A stretch of DNA of 63,806 nt, counting the filler, from Reclinomonas americana ATCC 50394 (Eukaryota), in NCBI GenBank assembly GCA_048213135.1. It is 18 parts of 18 records of this genome, joined end to end, with 100 filler letters (N's around TTAATTAATTAA, not from the genome) between each part and the next. Parts side by side here need not be neighbours in the genome. Positions count along the whole stretch, not along the records: positions 48,544 to 56,094 come from AFZH01022933.1; positions 56,195 to 58,488 come from AFZH01022934.1; positions 58,589 to 63,806 come from AFZH01022935.1; 15 more parts are not named here. The stretch is one strand, 5' to 3'. Every line of letters starts with the position of its first letter. Within the stretch, counting starts at the first letter, position 1. The position numbers were made by a program, and so were the translations under genes. Below the pieces are notes generated by a model that was given only the letters and a program-made list of their open reading frames with translations, had not been told where the DNA came from and made no database searches. This document shows positions 48,714 through 61,200 of the stretch, one piece after another.

Positions 48714-51700
48714 ATGGCCGCGGCTGCTCTGCCAGCGGCGGTTGACCCACACCTTGTCCTCGGTGATGAGGTGATGGTGGTGGGCGAGGCACCGCATGAG
48801 GAGCGCTTCGTGTTTCGCGTGGTGCTGGCGGTGAATCGACCGGCGGTGAAGAGTGTTACTCCGCCGCCGGTTTGCATGGAGACTGTGGTGGATGGGTGTC
48901 GGCGGATGGCGCAGGAGTATGAGTGTCCAGTTTGCAGGGTGAGGGTGGGGGAGAGGGAAGGGAGGTGTGTGTGTGTGTGTGTGCATGAGGGAGTGAGAGA
49001 TGGAAGGGGAGAGGGAGAGTGTGCGGCAGAGAGAGCGAGTGTGTGTGAGAGAGAGCGTGGGATGAATAGGAGAGAAGTTGTGAGAGTATGTGTGAGAGAC
49101 AGGAAGAGGGAGGTAGAATGAGAGAGAGAGAGAGAGGAGGGAGAGAAGAAAGAGAGACAGAGAAACTTGATGTGAACTTATATAATCATGCCTCCAGGAC
49201 CTATGCCAGGCAGACTTCGTGATTTGTTCCAACGAGGTCCACTACATGTGTCGGTGAGTGCAGGATGAGAGGAAGACAGAGCACCTGACTTTGGAGACTG
49301 ACTGGGGCCCGGGTTGTTCAGGGAGCACTTGAGCGAAGCACCTCAGGGCGCCAACTGGTGCGGATGTGGTGTCACATCGGCGGCAAACGCGGTGGAGCCC
49401 ATTCGGCGGTCAAAGATGACGTATTCGAATCTTGAGGTGCGATTATGCGAGTCGTGATGCCCGGAAAAGCAGAACACTGACCTCCTGGTGTCTTTCGATG
49501 TAGATACTGTGCCCAAATTGTCGGCAGCGCATGGTTCTCATTCATCGTAATCGTGTCCATGACCTGCTCGTACCATGTTCAGTCACACATTTCTTTGTGC
49601 AGACCATTGGAGACTACCACAGTACTGCACACGCAATGTCCGTTTGTCACTATGGATGCAACTTGTGTGGCGCTGCCATGCCGCTCAACCGCGCTGCGGA
49701 GCATGCGTGGAGCGGATGCCTTCGCGATTGTCCGAGTGGATGTGGTGCGCGCGTGTCTCTGAGCGAGATGGTGCAACACAGTCGCAATGTGTGTATGATC
49801 CCTTGCCCGCGCTGTGGCGTCGGAAGCACGATGACGAACATGCGACAGCACTTGGGTGCGTTTCCTGAATTGTGTTGCAATGGAGTCGGTTGTCTCATGT
49901 CGGCGTGTTGCAGTGGGTGAGTGCGCCATGACGCCAATGGCTTGCCACGCGGCCGATCTCGGCTGCATGGTGCGAGGTCCTCGGCGAGATGTCCGAGCAC
50001 ATGAACTGGTGTGCGACTTACTGGGTGTGGAGCAGCCTCTGCGTGCGGTGCGGCAACGCAACATCGTATTCTCTGAAGTCTGAGACGCTCACTTTGCTCC
50101 CTACTTGCAGCTGTCTAATCGGGTGCATCAGTTGACGAATTCTCTAATGCACCTGGAAGATGAAGTCCGCACCAGGGACCAGCGTAATACGGAAAGATTG
50201 ATGCAACTGCAAGAAGCTTTTGATCGACAACTTGCTGCCGAGGCGCGCGAAAAAGAGAGACTACAAGAGGCTATGGAGCGTCAGCTGCAGGCACATAGCC
50301 TACTTCTACGTGACCAACAGGAGGCATTTGAGCAGCAACTTAATCAGGTGTGGCAGTCTTCAACGGCAGGTTGTTGATTTTACTCATCCGCCCGTCACAA
50401 TAGCTTCTTGCTCGTTTTGTCCCGTTGGAAGCTCGTCATCTGGAGAGGGCTGCCGCACGAGTGGAAGAACAGCGTCGCCAACAAGAAGCTGCTTTGCAAG
50501 TTGAAGAGCACCGTCGCAGGAAGGCGGATGCATCACTTCAGCTGAAGGTCCGTTATCCTATTAGAGAAGACGGTCGATTCCGTTTGCTAATGACATGTGC
50601 GCTTATTTTAATGTTCGTTGATGGTGACACCGACTACGTAATATAATGCAGCAGGTGTGTATGCGTCGGACAACCTGTGTATGTGTGCGTATGTGGGATA
50701 GAGAAATCGAGAAATTGAGCGCTCGCGTGCAAGGAGTGTGGCGTGTTGTGATTTTAAATTCGTCGCTCACTGATAAGTGTTCGCGACAATGGTTATTACT
50801 CAGAGAGTTGAGTTTGCGTGTGAGGCTTGGGAGAGTTCGTTGAGATGACTTAATTTGTACGTATGCAGGAAGGAGAGAGCTCCAATCCTGCGACCTACGC
50901 ACTGATGGAGATGAAGTTACTGAAAACTTGCTTGGAGGAGGAAACGCTGATGTGGCAGCTGTCTGCGTGTGGTCCGGCGAACGGGCCCGCACTCATTGCG
51001 AGTGACATGAGTCCGGAGGAGTTGCGCTACAAGTTGTATACAGAATTTATCATGGATCCTGTTTCTTATGTTACGTGCACCTTGCGACTCTCTTCTCGTT
51101 GCTCACGCGCACTTATGTGTATACATTGCGCGTAGGTGCATTTGGAGAATCAGCTCGTACTGTATCAACAGGAGCAGTACAAAAAGCTGTTGCTTTATGT
51201 GCGGCAGCAGGTGGTAGAGATGGAACATGAAGTGACTCAGTCTGGCGACAGCGTGTCTATTGGTGAGTTGTGACTGTGCGTCGTATTCGTCAATGCATGC
51301 ACCGTATTATACATACCATTGTAGGTACAGGATCAGGTGGAATATCAGGACCTGGAGGATGTTTGCACGAGGTTTGAGCATTTTTGCATAAGAGTCTGAG
51401 TGTGAGGAAGAGAAAAGAGAATTTGTATTTTAGTGCGTGAAAGTGTGTGTTCAGTAGAAGATGCAACGACTGCTTCATCGTCTCTGATTCCCACATCATA
51501 GACTGTGTCCACTGGAACAGAGGTAGCCGCACCGGCAGGCTCGACACCAGCAGCCAAACTGCCTCTGTCGAGTTTTGCAATCGGCAACGACACCTTGACG
51601 ATGTCGGCAGCTTCAAGTAACACACTACCGACTCAAATGGCGTTCCCATCGATCGCCGCTGAACCCAGAGGTGCGCTCAGACTTGGTGGCCATTCGCTTG

Positions 51701-52230
51701 GTGGCGCTGCAGGCGGCGGAAGTGCGTCGTCTGGAGCGCTGTATTCAGGAGAGAGTGGAGGTTCTGGGGGCAAGCAGCTCCAGATGGTAGCTTGTGGTGT
51801 GTCATCCACTGCTGCAAGTCCCCTTTTCCTCGGAGGCACTGGCCGAGGAACCAGATCGCTTGCGTCGCCGCCGTCTGCTAGCGGCGCTTTCCCAGCTGCA
51901 GGCAAGGCGTTTGCTTTCCGCCCTTCGAACCCGCTGTCTGGCGGTACAGGCCAATCAGTAATGCCTCCGACACAAGCGGGTCCATCCACGGCTTCGTTCT
52001 GCCCCTCGGCAGTGCCTGGTATGCAGCCCCACAAGGCCATTGAACACACCCTTGTGGAGCTGGCAAACTTCCTGAAAGCTCACCATTCCGAGGTGACTGA
52101 GGAAGAAATTGGCGATGGCGTGGACGATGATGTCGGTGATGGCGATACCGATAATGATGGCGATGCGGACGATGCCGACGATGACGACGATGACGACGAT
52201 GATGACTTTTATGATGATGATGATGACTAA
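48714..52230 (+). CDS. RING-like/TRAF zinc-finger paralog C with NUP42/CG1-like motif and acidic tail instead of TLDc
   Basis: Same N-terminal exons and intron positions as copies A/B (EYECPVCR|DLCQADFVICSNEVHYMCR|EH..|ILCPNCRQRM|TIGDY..EHAWSGCLRDCPSGCG); coil; WQLSACGP..DMSPEELRY; Ser/Gly-rich region; poly-D stop at 52230. Confidence 0.75.
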
Positions 52231-52534
52231 TGTTTAGTTATTTGTGAAATAACGAGTATTCGATGTATCTATATCTGGAGAGAGACACTGATCTGGTGGA
52301 CGGTGAGAGAAGACAGAGAAAACTCAGAGCAGGACGGTTACGATGAGACGAGCGAGTGGGGGGAGAGACACAGATGTGCACAACATTGCAGATCTGCTAA
52401 GTTTTGCTTTGTTGTAGACTTGCAGGATTACTATTGCGCACACAGAAAGATGAGACAGAGTCCACCCTCGATGGCCCCCATCATTTACGATTCATTCACA
52501 TCTGCATGACACCTGCTGCGGTGTCCACACCGGA

Positions 52535-55500
52535 CTAATGCTGCAGTCCAGTTCGCCACACGCACTCAAGATGCGCCCTCAGCTCTTCATCGGCGAGGAG
52601 ATCTGCATGACCTCGCTCCGCCAGCTTGCCAAACAACTCCTCCAGCGAGCGTACTCCGATCCCCGACTGCTCCACCACGTCACGTACGTCCCGGACCATC
52701 TTCTTCAACTCAACAGGCTGCTGCAGTCGCCCAGCCAACGACGTTTCCAACATCTCTTCAGTGGCACAATTGACATTCACAGTCACTGTTGACAGCACGC
52801 ACCAGGATTAGTGAAAATGCAATCAACATTAATCAGCGAGGTAAACAAGAACAGGCGCAACAGAATGACTTGGCGAACAGTTCAAACATCGGACCATGGT
52901 AGGATCCAAAGTTGTCACCATCCACTATCCAGGCAGGGAGTTTCGATGTCTCCATCACGTCGCCCGCGCGGTGCAGACCGACGGTGAAGCACACCGGCAA
53001 CACTTTCCGCGCACGGAACAGATTAGCAATCAGCTGCAACCACCAACAACAGTCAGCAGCAAAGTAACAATTGCAGAATAAACATCTCTTTTTACCTTCA
53101 GCTTCTTTTCAGCATCAGTCGACGAATGACTCTTGCGTTGGTCAAGGAGTACAACATACTCGTACTTCTTCCCTTCGTACTTGGCTGGTCGGCTCAGCGC
53201 GACGCACACCACGATATCAACACCTTGCTGGCCGTCCTTGCACATCCACACGTTGATCGGCTGTGCAGCACGAGCAAGAAATGGAATCAGACGCTGCGAA
53301 GAAGCAGATCCACAAAAGGAGATAGCATCACCGTTGCTGACTTGCAGTGTCTCAAAATCTCGTCCACGCCTCCCTTGTCTTCCAGCATCCGGGGAAGCTG
53401 GTTAACCTGCCGGGCAGTAAGCATTTCCATCACAAGCGCGCCAAGGAGTGCGTGGTATCCATCCCACCTTGTAGAGCTGAGTCGGCAGAGAAGTACCGTT
53501 GCTCAGTGCGCCAATTCGCTCCACAACAGTCGGCGGCAACTCCGGTATCGTGATCTCCAGCTCCCACAGGTCGCGTTGTTTGGCACACCAAGGCTCCGCC
53601 GACTCATACGGCGGAGTGAAGCCGCACAACAGTCGCTCAAGAGACACTACTTTGCATACACGGTCACTCGATGGACGGTGATGCACCAGCAGGAGGAGGT
53701 GGAGAAAGTATGCAAACTCCACGAAGCGCGAGCTGGTGGACTGCAAATGTAGAAACCTGAGTCACATGGATCTGGAGGAGAAAGAGAAGACTCCAGACTC
53801 CAACAGAACTAAACACACCTGGTCTCCCCTCGTGCAGACCAAACACACTGCTGCAAAGCATCGCTGGTACAGCGTGTCCGGATAATGGTCCCAGGTTGCG
53901 AAAGGTACCCGAACCGACGCGAATCGCCAATCGATATCGTACGGATACGCCGGTATATACACACGGCCGGTCATCTCGTGTGGTGCGAGATCGCGACTAG
54001 ATGCGGCGAAACCAGCCAATGCCGGTCGCAGAATGGGGTCATCGAAAGCAGTGAGCATGTGCCCAGCAGCGGAATAACACGTCACATTGTTCGTCAGCCA
54101 CTCAGGGCACAGAGCTGCACATGAGTGAGACGAGCGATGCAAACACCGGTGCCGTGCAACACTCGCCATTGCTGTTCAGCTCCACTTCGCCCGACAGTAG
54201 CGCGCTCCGCAACGCACCAGCCGACTTGAGTGCGGTAGAGAGTGGATTACTGGATTTCACAACGACGTGCTCTGTGCAAGAGTGAGTACCAGGCAAAGCG
54301 AGCCTTGTTGAATGTCAAGCACCACGCACCCGCAATGTTCAGCAGAATGCACTTTCCCCAACTCCCTGGATGACCAGCAAGCGATTGCAGAGTGGCTACA
54401 ATTTGCGGAGAGCGTCTCCACGGCAGCTTGCCTGTGCGTGGTGGTGTCTGCTGCATACATCCAGCGTGCAAGAAGACGAGAAGAGCAAGGTAACACAAAC
54501 CAGCGAATGTAAAATCAATCATATTCTCAACGCTATGCGCTGGCAATAGCGGGACCGGCACCGGCACCACGAATCCATAGCCTGGCATGAGGATGTTGCG
54601 TTCCAGTCCAGTGTCGACGCCTGCAAACACTGGGAGGGTCTGGTATTCATGGTGGCCGGCCAGGAGTTTATCTTGGCAGGTGAGAGTGACGCTGCGTAGG
54701 AAATCACGACGAACGTCGACTGGCAGCTCCATGTTCTGTGTCATTATGTGGTCGATATCGTCGACGCACACCATCATCCAGATCCTGGCAACATATGAGA
54801 CACGCGCAGAGTGCGGTCGTAGGTCGGAGAGCTTCGCACGAACGCACCTCTTGCTGTCAATATCCGGAGAACGCAGCTGCTTGGCGTCCACGGCCACGGC
54901 TCGGAGAACCTCCCACAGTGTCAGCCGCCAACCCAAGTCACCGAGAGCATTCATGAAATCCGAAAACGGAAGCTTGGGGCACGCATAGTTTCGCAGAACA
55001 CGGGCGGCGAAACCCGGAGCATGATACAAATACTGACGGTCTTTCTCGAGAGGCAGGAATCCGTCGCTGTCGCCGTACGTGACGAAGAGCGGAAGCATTA
55101 CAGAGCCAGCAGGGAGTTCTGCGCACCACACAAAGAGGAGAAAGAAATACACCACGCAACACGCACATTCAAGATACAACCACGCACCAAACACACAGAC
55201 CAACAACGTATGAAATCACAACAGTTAGTAAACTGAAAAGAAGATTGCACGCCAACAACTCACTCTTGATGAATTCCATGGGCAGTTCCTGCAAGAATCT
55301 CGACTTGCCACATCCAGGAGCCGCCACAACAACTGCCACGTGAGCGCACTGCTTGTCAATGCATTGCGCAGCACCCGCCTCAGCGGAGTAGAAAACCGCC
55401 GGCCCGAACGCTCCGGCGACCGTCTCCAAAGACTGCTGGCGACATTGCCACTCGTACGGAAAATCGGCCCCAAACGACTGCACAAAGTGGCGTGATGCGT

Positions 55501-55990
55501 CACGCACAACGGCAGCCGTCTCGGCAGGCACGCTCGCAGTCGGTCCGCCGAACAGGAGGCGACGGCGACGATCGTCGGCAGGAAGCAGCATGTCATCAGG
55601 CACGCGGTCGCGCACCACGGACCAGAGCTCGCCTGTCGAAACAACTGTTCATTGGAGAGAAGGGGTGAGAGAATGATTGTGGAGAAGAGCTGACAGCACA
55701 GCTACCACGTACAGCTTGCTGTTTCTACGGCACGCAGCAGTCTGTCTTCGTACTCGAGATCGAGTTTTTTGTCGCGCAGCAGGTACTTTGCACTGGACAA
55801 CGAACACTCAACGGAATACCACTTCCTCGCCATATTGATCCAATGATCCTTTTCTGTGTCGTCGCTTGTTGACGTCATCGCCTTCTCTGCCTCGGTCTTC
55901 AGCTTTTTAGCTTCGGCGATGTCGCTTGCGTTCTGCAGTAATTCGATCTTCGTTGTCTCAATGGCCTGCTGCACCTTGCTGTATCGCCGA
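52535..55990 (-). CDS. Crinkler/RHS-like effector: helical header - P-loop NTPase - restriction-endonuclease fold - helix-hairpin-helix (5' partial)
   Basis: Walker A AAPGCGKS; FVTY; Walker B MVCVDD; LAGHP; FAVHQLALR; KDGQQGVD..LLDQRK; FGSYHGPMF; VNVNCATEEML; most junctions splice with GT-AG, one or two unresolved. Confidence 0.75.
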
Positions 55991-57050
55991 GGAGGGGAAT
56001 CTGCGATGGGGAAACAGGGGAAGGGGGGAAGGAGAATGGGAAGGGAGGAGGAGGAGGAGGAGGAGGAGGAGGAGAGAGGAGGAGGAGGAGGAGGNNNNNN
56101 NNNNNNNNNNNNNNNNNNNNNNNNNNNNNNNNNNNNNNTTAATTAATTAANNNNNNNNNNNNNNNNNNNNNNNNNNNNNNNNNNNNNNNNNNNNGGAAGG
56201 GGAAGGGAGAAGGGGAAGGGGAAGGGAGGGGAAGGGGGAAGGGGGAAGGGGGAAGGGGAAGGAGGAAGGGGAAGGAGGAAGGGGAAGAGCAAGGGGGAAG
56301 AGCAAGAGAGAAGACAAAGGGGGAAGACAAAGGGGGAAGGTCAAGGTACAGAGCAAGGGGGGAAAGGGGGAAGACGGAGGGGGCAGAGAAGGGAGAAGAG
56401 TGAGGAAGAAGAGTGAGGAGGAAGAGAAGGGAGAAGAGAGGAGGAAGAGAAGGGAGAAGAGAGAGGAGGAAGAGGAGGGGGAAGAGAAGAGAGAAGAGAA
56501 GGGGAAGAGAAGGGGAAGAGAAGGGGGAAGAGAAGAGGAAGAGAAGGGGAAGAGAAGAGGAAGAGAAGAGGAAGAGAAGAGGAAAAGAAGGGGGAAAGAA
56601 GAGAAATGAGGGAAGGGGAAGGCAGATGTGGAGAGAGAGAGAGAGCAGACGAGAATAAAAACGCTCATGAATGGAATGCACGCACCAGCTGCCGACATGA
56701 ACGATCGCTGATGTAGCATGCGCAGGCTGCGGGTGTGACTCGGTGACTCGAACCGGACTGAACGCAAATGCGTGTATTGCGGTGCGAGAGCAGCTGCAAA
56801 GAAATGCACGACAATGAGTACAGAAAATCAAAGGGCATGGAGGGTGATAAACCAAGCAGGGAAACAACGACAATGACAGCAACGACAAGAAAAAACAAGC
56901 ACTCAGAATAATGTAAGGTGCGTGTCAGACACGTCGAACAGTCGCAATAGTCTGATAACAAGAAATCAAGAATGCTTCTCACACTGTCGCGTTCTGGAGG
57001 AAACGCAACACTCACACTCACTCATAGTATACGCGAATGAGGAGAATGGA

Positions 57051-57700
57051 TCACGTTGGAGGGGAGAGAGAGTCAATGATGCAAACACCGAAGAAGTGCA
57101 GACAAAAAAAGACGCAACAGCGCACTGAACCAGGATACACATTGGGCGAACCTGACCAATGCCCGCGACTTGCAGAGATAGGCGCGACGACTGCAGGTGA
57201 GAGCGGGTGCATATAATTCAAAATGAGAGTGGAAAAAAGAAAGGGAGACGCGGGTACTGACCTCGAGCTCCACGCCCACACGGTTTGGCCACATTGGCTG
57301 TCACAGGGCGCAGGAACGCTGCTCCTACGCGTCGAAGCATCTCAACGGCGTAGAAATGGAGATTGACGGGACGAGCGGACACATCTCCTTCAAAAGAAGG
57401 AGCTCGTCAGACCGGTCACCTGGCTTGTTGATCTTGCTTAGCCGCTTGACCAGTTGCTTGCACTTGGCACCAGTGGATTGCACCTCTTCGAGTAGATGCT
57501 GGAGGCGTCGTTCAGAGTTGGTTGCGCTCTCAGCACGCTGGCCACCACCAGCACGAGCACCACCGCCGCCACCACCGTCACGTTTCGCCTGGCGCCGCTC
57601 CATGTACTTGTTTCGAAGCTGCTCGTTGAGAGCGACCGTCATTTGATACATTGCCTCGCCAAGGGTGGCAACCAGTCTTCATTCTTGGAAAGACAAAGCA
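57051..57700 (-). CDS. Uncharacterised coiled-coil exon(s)
   Basis: ORF ..ALNEQLRNKYMERRQAK..RRLQHLLEEVQ..LLLLKEM; boundaries unclear. Confidence 0.35.
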
Positions 57701-58230
57701 AGGAGATCACCTATACAAAGTCGATTTGGCGAGGAGACGAAGGTGTTGCGAAGCAATGCCGTCTCGACATCGCTGTAGAGCTTGCTGCGGAGGCAACGAT
57801 GGTGACTTGCAAGTCCTGCATGGTGCGTATGGGTGAGACAGGAAACCGTGTGCAAGTGGCAATGAAAGAGCAACTAGGGGGAGTGAACGACAGGCGACGA
57901 AAACGTGGCGGCAGATCTAGAGAGACAGGGTGCGAGAAAAACGAGGAGGGGAGAGACGGTGAGACGGCGGAGAGAAAAGGAGACCTCGGCGAGAGAGAGA
58001 GAGATTGGCAGAGACGAAGCCGGAGAGGGAAAGGGGAGAGAGGGCGAAGAGAGGGAGGAGAGACTGAGAGGAGAGAAAGGGATAGAGAGAAAAGATAGCT
58101 CTGGGAGTCGAGGTAGATGAAGAATTCATGTACGAACATTCTCACCACTCTGACAATGGCATGCCGATTCGGAACTTCCCAGCACACCCGAACGCCCAGA
58201 CAGTCCAGCGCGTCTCTTTCCCCCACTACA

Positions 58231-61200
58231 CTAATACAAGGCGTCGCTGAAATCGGGCAGGAATGATCCGAGTATTCGCTCCGTCAGCTCGCTCTCCCCG
58301 TCCCCCCGAAGCACGTGAATCGACTTGTCAGAGGCTTGGACGGTGATATTGTCCATGGTGGCAGTCTTGTTGGAGGTGCCAGCGAGATCGTTCCGCGTGT
58401 CGCACTGCACTTCTTCGCCGCTTGCCAGCGACCACACACGCACCGTCTTGTCCGAACTCTTGCTCACGACATGCTGGCAGTCGGGTGTNNNNNNNNNNNN
58501 NNNNNNNNNNNNNNNNNNNNNNNNNNNNNNNNTTAATTAATTAANNNNNNNNNNNNNNNNNNNNNNNNNNNNNNNNNNNNNNNNNNNNCTCGCACCGTGG
58601 AGTCGGCACTTCCACTCACAATACACCTACTGTCGGGCGTGACGGCGACAGACAACACTCGCCCCGTGTGCCCACTCAGTTGTCGCACCTCTTCTCCAGT
58701 CACCAGTGACCACACGCGCACTTTGTCGTCATTACTCCCACTGACAATGTGCTTGGCATCGGGAGTGACGGCGACACTTCCCACCCCCAGACGGTGTCCC
58801 TTGAACCGGTGGACCTGTTCTCCAGTCGCCACAGACCACACTCGCACTGATTCGTCGCCACTGCCACTCACAATGTATTTGCCATCGGGTGTGACGGCGA
58901 CAGACCGCACTTCACGAGTGTGCCCTTCAAATCGTTGCAACTCCTCGCCACTCGCCAGCGACCACAAACGCACAATGTCGTCATCACCTCCACTCACAAC
59001 AAACTGACCATCGGGGGTGACGGCAACAGAGTACACCACGCCTTCTTGTCCGTCCATCTGTCGCACTTCTTCCCCAGTCGCCGTGGACCACACTCGGATT
59101 GTCTCGTCAGGACTCGCGCTCACCATGTGCCGACCGTCGGGGGTCACGGCGATGGAACACACCGAATCCGTGTGCCCCACCATTGGCTTTCTCGGCCACT
59201 TCACATCCGTCACCTTCGCCCCGCGGAAATCTGCCTCCTTGGCAAACGCAGAGCACACATTCACCCCTCGCAGATCCGCCCCCCTCCACACCGTCCTATG
59301 CATCACCGCATCTCTCAAGTCCGCACCCCTCACTCGCACCCCCGACAGATCGCGCCCACTAAACGACACCTCCGCAAGGCACAGTGCACTCGCCGCACTC
59401 GATGCCACTGCCGCGATTCGCTCCTGGTCGCGCGAGAGAGCAACGGCGTACCACAGTGCAGGTTGCAGCGAGTGATCAGCGCGCACTTGCTCGCCAATGA
59501 ACGAAAGAATGGAGTTGAGTCCCTGCGATCAACAGTGAGGTTGTGAGAACGGCGACCGCGTACGGAGATGAAGAATCACACTCACTTCATCTGAGGTGAG
59601 CAACGCTCGTTGACCAGAGAAGCTGCAACAGAGCCGGTCGACTCGTTCCTAAGAGCCATTGAAGGAATCAGCATACAATAGCTGGAAGAACATGCCAAGC
59701 AGCGACACACTGCTTTGCTCACCTCCAGCTCAACGTCCTCGTTGGCCAGCACTTGTACATCGGCTAGCCACGCTTGTGCTGCGAAATACTCCAGCACTGA
59801 CTTGTGCATGAACTCCACTCGCTGCTGCGACACGCCGAGACGGCTCCACTTTAACAACGCCTGCATGATCTAGTGAGAGCGTGAAAAAAGACGAATGCGT
59901 GGCTGGCCAACAAGACGTAACAGCGCGAGCGAGCGAATTTTGCAACGGGTCATCACGAGCAAACCACTTGTCCCACACCTGTTGCTCTGCCATAACTCCC
60001 TGCATCCAGTGTCACAAGAAAGTCAGACAGAGTAGCGGGGGAAGGGGATAATGAAAGCGAGTGAGAGGTTGCACAACACTGAATGGATACAACGACGACG
60101 ATAGAATATCCATGCGAAAAGTGAGGGAAGGGAATAACGAGAGCGAGTGAAAGGTTGTACAACACAGAGTGGATACAACGCCGACGGCAGGATATCCATG
60201 CGAAAAGTGGGGGAAGGGGATAATGAGAGCGAGTGAGAGGTTGTACAACACTGAATGGATACAAAGACGACGGTAGGATATCCATACAAAGTTGGGGAAG
60301 GGGATAACGAGAGCGGGTGAGAGGTTGTACAACAATGAATGGATACAACGACGACGGCAGGATACATACAAAGTGGGAGAAGGGGATAGCGAGAGCGAGT
60401 GAGAGGTTGCACAACAGTGAATGGATACAAAGACGACGACAGGATACATGTTAAGTAGAGAAGGGGATAAAGAGAGCGAGTGAGAGGATGCACAATACTG
60501 AATGGATACAAAGACGACGGCAGGATATCCATACAATAAGTGGGGGAAGAAGACCAACGACGGTGTGCGTCGGCACAGACTCGAATGCAGATGAGCACAA
60601 TGAACGCGCAACTATACAGATGCAAGCTCCTTCGTCTAAGAAGGGACTCACGAGTAAGAGACGGAGAGCGAAAGAAAGAGAAACATCCCACACGCGCCGT
60701 TCACGTTTCCGGGTGGGGGCACAAGCATACATCTGCCTGAGCATCTACGAACCTCAATTCGACCCTGCCGCACAGACGTCAGCGAGTGCTGCATCATCTC
60801 TCCGGCAAGATCCGAGCAAAAGTCCCAAACACGCTGGCAGAATGTCTCTTCTGAGTCGTCATCGCCGAAAAGCTGCGCAGAGTTTCAATTGTGAGACGGC
60901 GTGGGGAAGGGAAAGAGTGGGGGAAGGAGTGGGGGAAGGAGAAGGGCGAAGGAGAAGGGCGAAGGAGAAGGGGGAAGGGAAGGGAAAGAGAAGGGGGAAG
61001 AGAAGGGGGAAGAGAAGGGGGAAGAGAAAGGGGAAGAGAAAGGGGGAAGAGCAAGGGGGAAAGAGAACAGGGGGGCAATGAAGAAAAAGAGTGGGGAAAG
61101 AGAAGGGGGAAGAGTTTGGAGGAAGGGGACTTGGGAAGTTTCTCTCTCTCTCTCTCACCTGCCGAATGTTCACACGATAATGCTCAAACTCCCAGCGCAA

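Noticed and set aside
57679..57681. In-frame TGA (FQE*RLV) as stop-codon reassignment or selenocysteine
   Set aside because: TGA, TAA and TAG all end genes elsewhere in the window; an intron or decay explains it more simply
3054..58544. Recurrent TTAATTAATTAA palindrome as a biological element
   Set aside because: Always centred in fixed-length N runs and interrupts genes; it is an assembly linker
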